A DNA stretch of 32,619 nucleotides from a virus (lineage: Duplodnaviria; Caudoviricetes): IMG/VR virus record IMGVR_UViG_3300048086_000018, positions 1 through 32,619 of that record; one strand, given 5' to 3'. Below, piece by piece: positions 25,426 through 32,619 of this stretch. Made by a program: the position numbers and the translations under genes. Under the pieces are notes generated by a model that was given only the letters and a program-made list of their open reading frames with translations, was not told the DNA's origin and did no database searches. Within the stretch, counting starts at the first letter, position 1; the number at the start of each line of letters is the position of its first letter.

Positions 25426-27203
25426 TGGCGACCCTCGAAGAACTGATGGCCATGGGCGGAAAGCCCGCCGAGACTGCGGCGCCACCGACGGGAAAGACGC
25501 TGGAAGAACTGCTGGCGGCGGGCGGGAAGGCCGCGCCGCCACATGAGACAAATGTCACAACTTCGGCCGCCGCAGAGCCTTCTTTGAAGGACCGCTTGAT
25601 TTCGATGGCTCGCGGCGGCGTCAATGCCGCCGGCACATTGGCTGGCAACGCGCTGGATACGGCAAGCCTGGGCTACTACCGCAAGGCCAGGGACTTCGTC
25701 GGCTCCAAGATCGCCCCCGAGGCGACCGCCGGAAACCAGGCCGCCGAAGGCCAATTCAACCAGGCCCATCCGTTTGTGGCCAACATGGCTCGCGCCGCCG
25801 GCAACTTCATCCCCGGCGGCGCGCCGGCGCGCATCGGAGAGGCCATGTTGGCCGGCGTGCGCGGCCTCACCGCGGCGGCGCCGAGCATCCTGCGCGGCAC
25901 CCTGGCGGCCCGGCCGGTGGCCGGGGCCTTGACTGGTGCCGCAACCGGGGCGGTCACTACCGCGGCCGAAGACGTCGCCCAGGGGCAGGACGCCGGGACC
26001 ACGCTGCGCGACATTGGCCGGAGCGCGGTTGTCGGCGGGGCGGTTGGCGGCGGAGCCGGCGTAGTGGGGGCCGCTGCCGCCAAGGTCAACAATTCGCGCG
26101 GCGCGCAGGCGCGCCGTTTCATCGAGGAGCACGGGCAGGGCGCCACCGTGGGGCCGCTGTCTCCCGGCAGGGGCGGCGTGTTTGAAAACGAGTTGGCGGG
26201 GTTGCCGGCGAATGACAAAGGGATCGGCGCCGCAGCCAAGATCGGAGCGAAGAACATCCTGCAGCAGGTCGCCGAAGAGCACCGCGTAGAGACGTCGCGG
26301 CCGTTTCGCGAGATGAAGGCCCTGATCGACAACACGCCCGCGGCCAATCGGCCGCGGGACATCACGTCGATCGTCACCAACATGCAGAGCGCGGCCTACG
26401 ACTTGGAGACGGCGCCCTTCGCCCGCGCCCAACTCGAAGGGCAACTGAACATTCTGGAGCGCTACCGTGATCCGAAGACGGGGATCGTCATGGTCCCCGA
26501 GCGCCAGATCAACGGCTTGCGCCGCACCCTCATGCGGACCGCCAAGGTAGGCACGAACGACGCTCCGGGGGAGGCGGAGGCTCCGCTGCGCAAGGCCGCC
26601 TTCGAGGCCAAGCAACTGGTCGATCAAGGCCCGTACGCCGCTCTCAACGACTTCTACTCGGAGGGCATGAAAAAACTGGAGGGCACCCGCAAACAACTCG
26701 GCCTGAAGGCGCGCCCGGCGAAAGACGCCGAGGTCGACGTCAGAAAGACCAAGTTGACGCTGGCTCGGCAAGGCCAGAACACGGCAACCGCGGGGGGCGA
26801 CGCCGATCTCGAAGCGCTCAAGCGCGACCGGCCTGAGCTGGCCGCCGCCGCGAATCTATCCGAACTCCAGCGCGCCAAGGCCGATCTGTCGTATCACCTG
26901 ATCCCGCAGCACGGGGGCTTGATGCCGCGGGTGGCGGGCGCCGCGCTCGGCCCCGGGGCGGCGCTGGGCGCGGCGGCGCTCGGACACGGCGGCGCTGGCC
27001 TGGCCGCCGCTGGCGGAATGATGGCCCTCCAGAACGCGACGCCCATCGCCGGCCGCGTCCTCTACCCGCTGACGCGGAACATGGGCACATCGACCCCCGG
27101 CCGCTTCGCTGGACGGCTGGCCAATCCGCTCGCGCGCGCCGCCGAAGAGAAGCGTCGCCGGGAGCGAGAGGCCGCTAACACACTTTCGGGTGGCATGCAA
27201 TAA
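25425..27203 (+). CDS. Internal virion / DNA ejection protein 3
   Basis: TAATG coupling; Ala/Gly-rich hydrophobic segments; duplicated N-terminal TLEELxAxGGK motif. Confidence 0.65.
   Translation: MATLEELMAMGGKPAETAAPPTGKTLEELLAAGGKAAPPHETNVTTSAAAEPSLKDRLISMARGGVNAAGTLAGNALDTASLGYYRKARDFVGSKIAPEATAGNQAAEGQFNQAHPFVANMARAAGNFIPGGAPARIGEAMLAGVRGLTAAAPSILRGTLAARPVAGALTGAATGAVTTAAEDVAQGQDAGTTLRDIGRSAVVGGAVGGGAGVVGAAAAKVNNSRGAQARRFIEEHGQGATVGPLSPGRGGVFENELAGLPANDKGIGAAAKIGAKNILQQVAEEHRVETSRPFREMKALIDNTPAANRPRDITSIVTNMQSAAYDLETAPFARAQLEGQLNILERYRDPKTGIVMVPERQINGLRRTLMRTAKVGTNDAPGEAEAPLRKAAFEAKQLVDQGPYAALNDFYSEGMKKLEGTRKQLGLKARPAKDAEVDVRKTKLTLARQGQNTATAGGDADLEALKRDRPELAAAANLSELQRAKADLSYHLIPQHGGLMPRVAGAALGPGAALGAAALGHGGAGLAAAGGMMALQNATPIAGRVLYPLTRNMGTSTPGRFAGRLANPLARAAEEKRRREREAANTLSGGMQ
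25544..25559. promoter_or_regulatory. Dispersed pseudo-palindromic site, copy 4 (TGAGACAAATGTCACA)
   Basis: 14-bp exact match with copy 1 (GACAAATGTCACAA); atypical codons cat gag aca aat gtc aca act. Confidence 0.6.
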
Positions 27204-27229
27204 TGCCAAACGAGGAAAGGTAAGAGCCA

Positions 27230-27640
27230 ATGGCATATTCAGGGAAGGCAGAGCAGCGATTGGCATCGTCTCTCAACTACAAGGGCGCCACGTCGACGCT
27301 CGATTCAACGAGCGTGAAAGGACCGAAAGACATGGGCAACAACGGACCACACCGACTCATCGGCACCGTTACCTCAGGCGGCAACTCCAATGGGCTCGGC
27401 CGCCGCGGTCTCATCGGAGCCACCGTCAGCGGCAACGCCAGCGGCATCGCCGGCCCGCGGACGGCAAGCGGATATCCGGACGGGCCGAAATGGAAACGCG
27501 CCATGGAGCCCGGCGAGCAGAAACCCGGAACCTATGCCCAGGCCAAGAACACCACGCGCATGACGCCCGGTCAGGGCAGGGTGGCGGCGACGATGAAGAC
27601 CACCGGCAGCACGCCGAAGGCGTTTCGCGGGGGGCGGTAG
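27230..27640 (+). CDS. Basic Gly/Lys/Thr-rich hypothetical protein
   Basis: AAGGT SD-like sequence upstream; 136 aa, few acidic residues. Confidence 0.65.
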   Translation: MAYSGKAEQRLASSLNYKGATSTLDSTSVKGPKDMGNNGPHRLIGTVTSGGNSNGLGRRGLIGATVSGNASGIAGPRTASGYPDGPKWKRAMEPGEQKPGTYAQAKNTTRMTPGQGRVAATMKTTGSTPKAFRGGR

Positions 27641-27867
27641 TGGCCCTGAGCAAAGGCCAATTCGGCGCGATGAAGGCCAAGGACGCGAGCCACTTCACCG
27701 GGATCGTCGGGCGACAGTCCGAGAAGGTCAGCGGCAAGCAAGGGCGCCACCATCATCCCCTGGTCGGCCAGCTTGGCGCCGGGATGGCCGGCGGGATGCC
27801 AATGACCGGGCGCATGGGCGCATACCGGCCACCGAAGGCGCCCGCGATGGCGCGGAGCAAGAAGTAA
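27640..27867 (+). CDS. Small basic hypothetical protein (75 aa)
   Basis: TAGTG coupling; K/R/H/G/M-rich. Confidence 0.6.
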   Translation: MALSKGQFGAMKAKDASHFTGIVGRQSEKVSGKQGRHHHPLVGQLGAGMAGGMPMTGRMGAYRPPKAPAMARSKK

Positions 27868-27868
27868 T

Positions 27869-28426
27869 TTGCCGACGGTGCAGCCCATCGCTCGTCCGTT
27901 CCCGCCGGACGCTGACTACGGCGACATGGCCGTGTCGGGCGGCGGATCCGTGTGGGTCATCGACGCGGGCGCCGTCAGCAACAGCAAACTCGCCCAGGCG
28001 CCGGCCAACACCATCAGGGCCAATCTGACGGGCGCAACAGCGCCGGTTGCTGACGTTTCTCTTCAATCATTGGCGACAGCGCTCGCCGGGAGCGCAGTCG
28101 TGACGACATCTCTGTGGTTCGATGGGCAGGCCGCCAACCCAGGCGCCGCCCAGGTCATCGCCGACAGCGGCCCCCTGACCGCTGCGCTCGGAACCGTGCG
28201 TGTTCAGATCGTGGTCAACGCCGATGTGCTGGCGTTATTCACGATCGAATACAGGAACGCGGCCAACTCGGTCACTTTGCACAAGCAGGATATCAGCGTC
28301 ATCGCCAACACGGCGGTCACGATCGGACCGGTGGCGTTCACGTTCGCCGACGGCGAGCGCGTTCGCATCCTGAACAAAACCGCTATCGCGCTGGGAAATG
28401 TTTCGGCGTCCATCTTCGTCGGCTGA
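27869..28426 (+). CDS. Probable virion fibre/decoration protein
   Basis: DYGDMAVSG..IDAGAVSNSKLAQAPANTIRANLTG fibre-like motif followed by a beta-sandwich-like domain. Confidence 0.6.
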   Translation: MPTVQPIARPFPPDADYGDMAVSGGGSVWVIDAGAVSNSKLAQAPANTIRANLTGATAPVADVSLQSLATALAGSAVVTTSLWFDGQAANPGAAQVIADSGPLTAALGTVRVQIVVNADVLALFTIEYRNAANSVTLHKQDISVIANTAVTIGPVAFTFADGERVRILNKTAIALGNVSASIFVG

Positions 28427-28435
28427 AAGGGAATC

Positions 28436-28864
28436 ATGGCAGTTTACATGGTCAATCGCCCCGTCATCATCGCCACGGGGAAATTCACGGTGCCCGCCGG
28501 CAGCGGCGAGATCGGGCCGCCCGGCAGCGGTGCAACGATCACCATCTACAACAGCGCGAGCGACTGGAATGGCATCGGCTCGAAGCCGACCGGCGTTCCG
28601 TTCTCGCGCATCGTGTTCACGATGAACTCTTCTGCGGACAGCGGCGCGAGCGGCGTGGTGTTTTCCGAAGCACTCGACGGCGTGAACTTCCGATCCGCCG
28701 CCACGTTCACCTACGCGACGGCCGGTGGACTGACAACGTATGACTTCCTGGTGCGCAGTCCCGGCGCCAGTGTCAAGCTCGCCTACACGAACAGCGCTGC
28801 CGTGTTGATTGCATGGGAATTCGTGCTGACAGGGCTCCTCGGGGATCGCAATCCAGGTCAATAA
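28436..28864 (+). CDS. Probable virion beta-sandwich protein
   Basis: AAGGGA SD; EALDGVNF motif; beta-rich. Confidence 0.6.
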   Translation: MAVYMVNRPVIIATGKFTVPAGSGEIGPPGSGATITIYNSASDWNGIGSKPTGVPFSRIVFTMNSSADSGASGVVFSEALDGVNFRSAATFTYATAGGLTTYDFLVRSPGASVKLAYTNSAAVLIAWEFVLTGLLGDRNPGQ

Positions 28865-29626
28865 ATGTCGTTCTACTTCAACTCACCGAACGGACCGCCA
28901 TCGCCTCTCGCGAATTATTTCGACTCGCCGGCGGCGAATCCGCCGGGAACGACATATCTCTGGTACGACGCCCAGGACATTAGCCTCAGCAACAACAACC
29001 TCGGCATCAACGACGGCGATCCGATTGGAACATGGAAAAACAAGGGTAGCGCAGGGAGCGCGGGCGATATCACCCAGGCCACCGGCGGCAACAAACCGAC
29101 CTTCAAACTGCTTGGCGCGTCAGGCAAGTTGAATAATCGGTCAACGATCCAGTTTTCCGGCGGCTCAAAATCACTCGCCGTCGCCGCGGGCCTGACAGTC
29201 AACCAGGCCGATATGGTGGCGCTCGTTGTCAAGACTACCAACGCCGCCCTCGCCCAGGTTTTCTATCAATTCGGTGCAGGATATTCTCAGCAATTCGGCG
29301 TCTCCGGCACTGGACTGTGGCAACTCTATGCTGGCATTCAGTACACGTCGGCGCTGGCCATCGCGGCCAACCAGTATTTCTTGCTGCTCGCGACATGGAA
29401 CGGCGCCAGCACGGTGTTTCGAATCAACAAGGTGGCCGATCCGGGCATCACCACGCCGGGCACCAACAATGCCACGGGATTAACCGTGGGATTCGATCCG
29501 GTGGCTCCAGGCTCACCTATGACGGGCGAGATCGCCGAAATGCTTGTCTATACCGGCACGCTTCCAGCGGTGGCCGACGTAGAAGCATACTTCGATCAGA
29601 AGTATGGCTCAGGGTGGCCCCAATGA
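28865..29626 (+). CDS. Concanavalin A/LamG-like domain virion protein
   Basis: LWYDAQD...GDPIGTWKNKG...QATGGNKPTF...GEIAEMLVY..L...VEAYFDQKYG signature. Confidence 0.75.
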   Translation: MSFYFNSPNGPPSPLANYFDSPAANPPGTTYLWYDAQDISLSNNNLGINDGDPIGTWKNKGSAGSAGDITQATGGNKPTFKLLGASGKLNNRSTIQFSGGSKSLAVAAGLTVNQADMVALVVKTTNAALAQVFYQFGAGYSQQFGVSGTGLWQLYAGIQYTSALAIAANQYFLLLATWNGASTVFRINKVADPGITTPGTNNATGLTVGFDPVAPGSPMTGEIAEMLVYTGTLPAVADVEAYFDQKYGSGWPQ

Positions 29627-29895
29627 GCACAATCGCCGTCACCAAGGGAACGCCGACGACATCGGCCGTCACGCCGACCAAGCAGGTACAGATCACGCCA
29701 TCGGTGGGTGTGTGGGTATTGATCGACGGCGGGGCCGGCGTGATCACACAGGACCACCGGCACGCACATCTGCAGGCCGGGGTCGCGCACAAGTTCTTCA
29801 GCGGTGCCGGCGATAACCGCATGTTGATGGTCAGCGATGGCGCGCAAAACGTAGACTTTCAGGAGTCGACAATTACCACGGGGACGAAGCCGTGA
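29623..29895 (+). CDS. Small beta-rich hypothetical protein (90 aa)
   Basis: ATGA coupling; MSTIAVTKG start. Confidence 0.6.
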   Translation: MSTIAVTKGTPTTSAVTPTKQVQITPSVGVWVLIDGGAGVITQDHRHAHLQAGVAHKFFSGAGDNRMLMVSDGAQNVDFQESTITTGTKP

Positions 29896-29921
29896 AACGT
29901 CCACGGCCGTCGAAGCTGTGA

Positions 29922-30170
29922 ATGAGATGGGAGGGGATCGCCGCACTCGCTGCCACCCTCGGGCTCATTGCGAGCCTCATTGCCGCCTTCATGTCGAAGC
30001 TGCGACAGGAAGGAAAGGCTGATTTGCAGCTTGAAACATTCGATCGGCGGGCAACCGAGATCGAACGCGATCTCGATGAATTGGAGAAGCGCGTTACGCA
30101 TTGCGCGAAAAATATCGCTATCCTCGACGAGCGGACGACTCACATTGGCGGTGGAGGGCGCGAGCGATGA
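29922..30170 (+). CDS. Single-TM plus coiled-coil protein (holin/XhlA-like)
   Basis: IAALAATLGLIASLIAAF followed by a heptad region. Confidence 0.55.
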   Translation: MRWEGIAALAATLGLIASLIAAFMSKLRQEGKADLQLETFDRRATEIERDLDELEKRVTHCAKNIAILDERTTHIGGGGRER

Positions 30171-30421
30171 GCGTCACGATCACGGTTACCGTCCTGTCGA
30201 TTCTCGGCGGAGCACTGGTGCAAGCCATCGGGTTTGCCATAGCCATCGGGATCATCTACGGCAAGGTCAGAACGCAGCTCGAAAACCTGGCTGCCGACGT
30301 GTCGGCCATCAGGGCCGACCTCAAGGGCGTTCTGGAGGACATGACCGAGCAAGGGAAAGACATCGCATTTTTGATGGGCTCCCGCCGACGGCAGTCCACC
30401 GGGGAGCACCGTGATAGATGA
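30167..30421 (+). CDS. Second TM plus coiled-coil protein (holin/XhlA-like)
   Basis: GGAGG SD, ATGA coupling, long hydrophobic N-terminus then heptads. Confidence 0.6.
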   Translation: MSVTITVTVLSILGGALVQAIGFAIAIGIIYGKVRTQLENLAADVSAIRADLKGVLEDMTEQGKDIAFLMGSRRRQSTGEHRDR

Positions 30422-30689
30422 AGAACACAGCACGCCTACTGGTGATGCGGTTCCTAGGGCTCTTGGGCATTCAGAGGAATACGAGATCATCCATGCCATC
30501 GCGCGCCGCTTCGCAAGCATTACGGGCAGTCTGCTGGAGGTTGCGCGCAGAGTCGACGCAATGGAAGGCGCGACACGGGAGCGCACTCTCATTGAGGTCC
30601 AGGAGAGGATCGAACGGATCGCCCGCCTCATCCTTGGACCCTACGACTTGGGACAACCTGCAAAAGGCGCTCGCACGCCTGGAAAGTGA
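30411..30689 (+). CDS. Hypothetical protein
   Basis: GGGGAG SD and helical composition; a competing frame 30418..30699 exists. Confidence 0.45.
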   Translation: MIDEEHSTPTGDAVPRALGHSEEYEIIHAIARRFASITGSLLEVARRVDAMEGATRERTLIEVQERIERIARLILGPYDLGQPAKGARTPGK

Positions 30690-30695
30690 ATCCTC

Positions 30696-30860
30696 GTGAA
30701 CCTGTCTCGCATTCTCGGGATTCTCGGCGCAGCGTTCACGACTGGCGGCGCATCGACGGCCGGCGCGCTGTCCGTCGTGCTGACCGCTGTCGGCGGCCTG
30801 CTGCTGTTTTTCTCCAACCCGCAGAAGGCAGCGAGCGGCGAGAAGAAGACGCTCGCGTGA
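30696..30860 (+). CDS. 54-aa two-hydrophobic-segment holin candidate (not in the ORF track)
   Basis: MNLSRILGILGAAFTTGGASTAGALSVVLTAVGGLLLFFSNPQKAASGEKKTLA, with a charged C-tail. Confidence 0.55.
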   Translation: MNLSRILGILGAAFTTGGASTAGALSVVLTAVGGLLLFFSNPQKAASGEKKTLA

Positions 30861-31051
30861 ATTGTTCCCACGGCCGACCAGGCGGCTTTCTGTGTCCCCA
30901 TTGCATGGTTATATCGGTCGTCCACGACGGCGCGATGACACCAGCCGAGCGCCGCGCACCGAGGGAACGGACCAATCCGTCGCCGCGCACCGAAGAGGAC
31001 GACGGGGATGACGATGGAACCGACCCCACCGTCGGGCACGTCGCCACCTGA
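30857..31051 (+). CDS. Small CxH-CxxC zinc-finger protein with acidic tail
   Basis: GTGA coupling; CSHGRPGGFLCPHC. Confidence 0.45.
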   Translation: MNCSHGRPGGFLCPHCMVISVVHDGAMTPAERRAPRERTNPSPRTEEDDGDDDGTDPTVGHVAT

Positions 31052-31211
31052 TGCTGCCACCAAGCCGCGCTGCCAGAAATGCCTGGGAGACGCCATCAAA
31101 GGCGGCAGCATCATTCCTGACGAAGAACCCGTGCGCCGGCGCTGGGGCTTCTGCGCGTTCGGGGATGGCTGGAGTTGGTGCAACACGTTTCAGCGGTTCA
31201 AACGCCGCTAG
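31008..31211 (+). CDS. Small Cys-rich hypothetical protein
   Basis: CQKC...C-x8-C; last plus-strand gene, stop overlaps the convergent gene's stop (CTAG). Confidence 0.45.
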   Translation: MTMEPTPPSGTSPPDAATKPRCQKCLGDAIKGGSIIPDEEPVRRRWGFCAFGDGWSWCNTFQRFKRR

Positions 31212-31486
31212 CAGTTACCTTCCGTTAAGATGGCCCGCCCAGGCTCCCATGTGTTTACGCGCGTATCGTCGAAAAGTGGTTCTCCTCTCGCGACCATGAA
31301 CCAATCATCTGCCCGAATGTCCAACACGGAGAGATGCATTCCGTAGCGGCATCCTAACTGCCCACAGTAGTCGACATTCATGGACTTGTAACAGCACTCC
31401 TTTGGCCAACTCTCGCCACCCCATTTGCGCCGCCTGAACTGACTGCCGGTCTTAACGGCGTCCTCGATGGCCTCGGGCAACGTCAT
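31208..31486 (-). CDS. DUF2829 / Tad2-like protein
   Basis: MTLPEAIEDAVKTGSQFRRRKW...LSVLDIRADDWFMV resembles the M.F.EA....K.G....R..W / D..A.DW pattern. Confidence 0.5.
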   Translation of the reverse strand: MTLPEAIEDAVKTGSQFRRRKWGGESWPKECCYKSMNVDYCGQLGCRYGMHLSVLDIRADDWFMVARGEPLFDDTRVNTWEPGRAILTEGNC

Positions 31487-31719
31487 CGCGGGAACCTCGC
31501 CAGCAGGGCGCCGAGCTTGCAGCGTTGCTCGTGTGGTTCGCTGAGATCGAGTGGCGAAAGACATACCGGGCAGCGCGAGAACGACATTTCTGGAAACTTG
31601 ACGTGTTCCAGTTCCCGCAGCAACTCCAGCATCTCGGGTGCGGCATCCAGAAGCTTCTGTTGCGCGATCGCGTAATCGGCGACCCGGTTCATTTGCTCAA
31701 TATAGCTTGACTCGCTCAT
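31483..31719 (-). CDS. Small phage protein with AAPE helix and CxxC-H-C zinc finger
   Basis: LLDAAPEMLELL; CPVC...HEQRC. Confidence 0.7.
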   Translation of the reverse strand: MSESSYIEQMNRVADYAIAQQKLLDAAPEMLELLRELEHVKFPEMSFSRCPVCLSPLDLSEPHEQRCKLGALLARFPR

Positions 31720-31769
31720 CGCATCCCCATCCTAGTAGTTTTGCCAGCAGCGCAGCAGCGGCAGGCGGG

Positions 31770-32006
31770 TCACGTGCTGATAAACTGCGCGAGAAAATTC
31801 GCCAGCTCGCACGAGCCATAGTGCGGCTTGGTGATGGCGCCGCAGATCGGGCATGTGTCGTCGACGCCTAGCGTTTGCACCTGGCGCAGCAAGCTGATCG
31901 CGCGATCAAGGTCGTCGGCGAGGTCGCATGTCTCGCACTTGCGCCGCAATGTCTTGTGGCGGCAGACCTCGCCGAAGCGCGAACCGCCGGGACCAAAGTC
32001 GCTCAC
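31770..32006 (-). CDS. Double zinc-finger small protein
   Basis: GTGA coupling to rusA; CRH..CETC and CPIC..HYGSC. Confidence 0.7.
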   Translation of the reverse strand: MSDFGPGGSRFGEVCRHKTLRRKCETCDLADDLDRAISLLRQVQTLGVDDTCPICGAITKPHYGSCELANFLAQFIST

Positions 32007-32392
32007 GTCCGCACCCCGACCGCCGCAATTTCCACGCGCACCCCCGGCTTCTCCTTGTCGACGGTGAACGTGTCGGTCCACGACTGGATTTCGTGCGAGC
32101 CGTCGTCGGACAGCACGCCAGCCTTGACGAGCCCATCGAGTATCAATTTGCGGCCCCCAGCGGCAACGTTGTCCGGGTCGCGGCGGCGGTTTTTCTCCAC
32201 CCACAAAAACCCGATGCGCACCGGCGACGGCATCGGCTTCATGCGCGCCGACTTGGCCCAGAAGTAAATGCGCTCTGTCCAGTCGGCTTTCATGCGCGCG
32301 TAGGCGTTGCCGCGACCGTGGCCCGATTTTGCGGCGGCCAGGATTTCGTTTAGACCCGGTAGGGGCTCATCGATCCAAAGGGATTGGGTCAC
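32003..32392 (-). CDS. rusA: RusA-family Holliday junction resolvase
   Basis: LPGLNE, RRRDPDN...KLILDGLVKAGVLSDD, PGVRVEI; GGAGG SD before GTG 32392. Confidence 0.88.
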   Translation of the reverse strand: MTQSLWIDEPLPGLNEILAAAKSGHGRGNAYARMKADWTERIYFWAKSARMKPMPSPVRIGFLWVEKNRRRDPDNVAAGGRKLILDGLVKAGVLSDDGSHEIQSWTDTFTVDKEKPGVRVEIAAVGVRT

Positions 32393-32619
32393 GGCGGCCC
32401 TCCAGTGGTCTCGCACATGCCCCAGCGCATGCACCCTTCGTCGGCCGCGCTGGCGGCGAACAATTCACGCTGGCGTCCGCCGCGGGCCGTGCGCGACCAG
32501 TCAACGACCTTGTCGATCGGCCAGCATGCGCCGGTGTCGCCCATAGGCGCCTGGAACCATGACGGATCGTTGTCGAGAGTCTTTCCGCGCGCTTGAGCGC
32601 GAAGTTCTGCCGCGGATGA
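32389..32619 (-). CDS. C-terminal fragment of a phage PAPS-reductase-family protein (cut by the window edge; not in the ORF track)
   Basis: Open frame to the window end reads ...WPIDKVVDWSRTARGGRQRELF...GCMRWGMCE, the tail typical of phage PAPS-reductase-like proteins. Confidence 0.65.
   Translation of the reverse strand, partial: SSAAELRAQARGKTLDNDPSWFQAPMGDTGACWPIDKVVDWSRTARGGRQRELFAASAADEGCMRWGMCETTGGPP

Larger units (their letters stand above)
1..32619. mobile_element. Tailed phage or prophage segment, podovirus/P22-like morphogenesis module with flanking early genes
   Basis: Tightly packed, translationally coupled run TerL-portal-scaffold-MCP-adaptor-tailspike-gp10-like-ejection proteins. 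No tape measure, sheath or tube gene. No host housekeeping genes, integrase or att site seen. Confidence 0.95.

Noticed and set aside
2246-25559. Identifying the dispersed motif as matS or parS
   Set aside because: matS is a 13-bp GTGACRNYGTCAC whereas this core is 14 bp, and it does not match the parS consensus TGTTNCACGTGAAACA.
19779-26771. Long minus-strand ORFs (19779..20840, 20825..22066, 24256..25551, 25416..26771)
   Set aside because: Shadow frames of tail and ejection genes with R/G/A-biased, non-protein-like composition.
1-32619. CRISPR arrays, tRNA/rRNA genes, integrase/att sites, IS elements
   Set aside because: None recognised by eye; tRNAscan-SE and CRISPR finders would be needed to exclude them formally.

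Overview
The whole window is a high-GC tailed-phage (or prophage) segment with a short-tailed, P22/podovirus-type gene order. Left (1-4.1 kb): a stand-alone CHC2 primase-type zinc finger, small Zn-finger/RHH/HTH genes and a structured, G/C-tract-rich region. Centre (+ strand, 4.1-30 kb): probable TerS, TerL, portal, a GroES co-chaperonin, scaffold, a DnaJ-type CxxCxGxG mini-protein, Mu gpT-like major capsid, two beta-helix paralogs, a Zn-ribbon/alpha-alpha-toroid protein, a Q/G/M/P prion-like protein, head-tail adaptor, tailspike, an antisense lipoprotein moron, gp10-like tail hub, three ejection-type proteins, small virion proteins and holin-like membrane proteins, with no recognisable endolysin. 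Right (- strand): a DUF2829/Tad2-like protein, Zn-finger proteins, RusA and the C-terminus of a PAPS-reductase-like protein. The strongest unexplained signal is a 16-bp pseudo-palindrome, TGnGACAAmTGTCACr, found four times 6-9 kb apart inside ORFs in all three codon phases, suggesting a genome-wide operator ('stoperator'-like) system. The second is a diverged 48-bp duplication that marks a module swap in front of the first ejection gene and keeps translational coupling through a 29-aa relay peptide. All family calls come from motif recognition by eye, not from database searches, and the host cannot be determined from the sequence.
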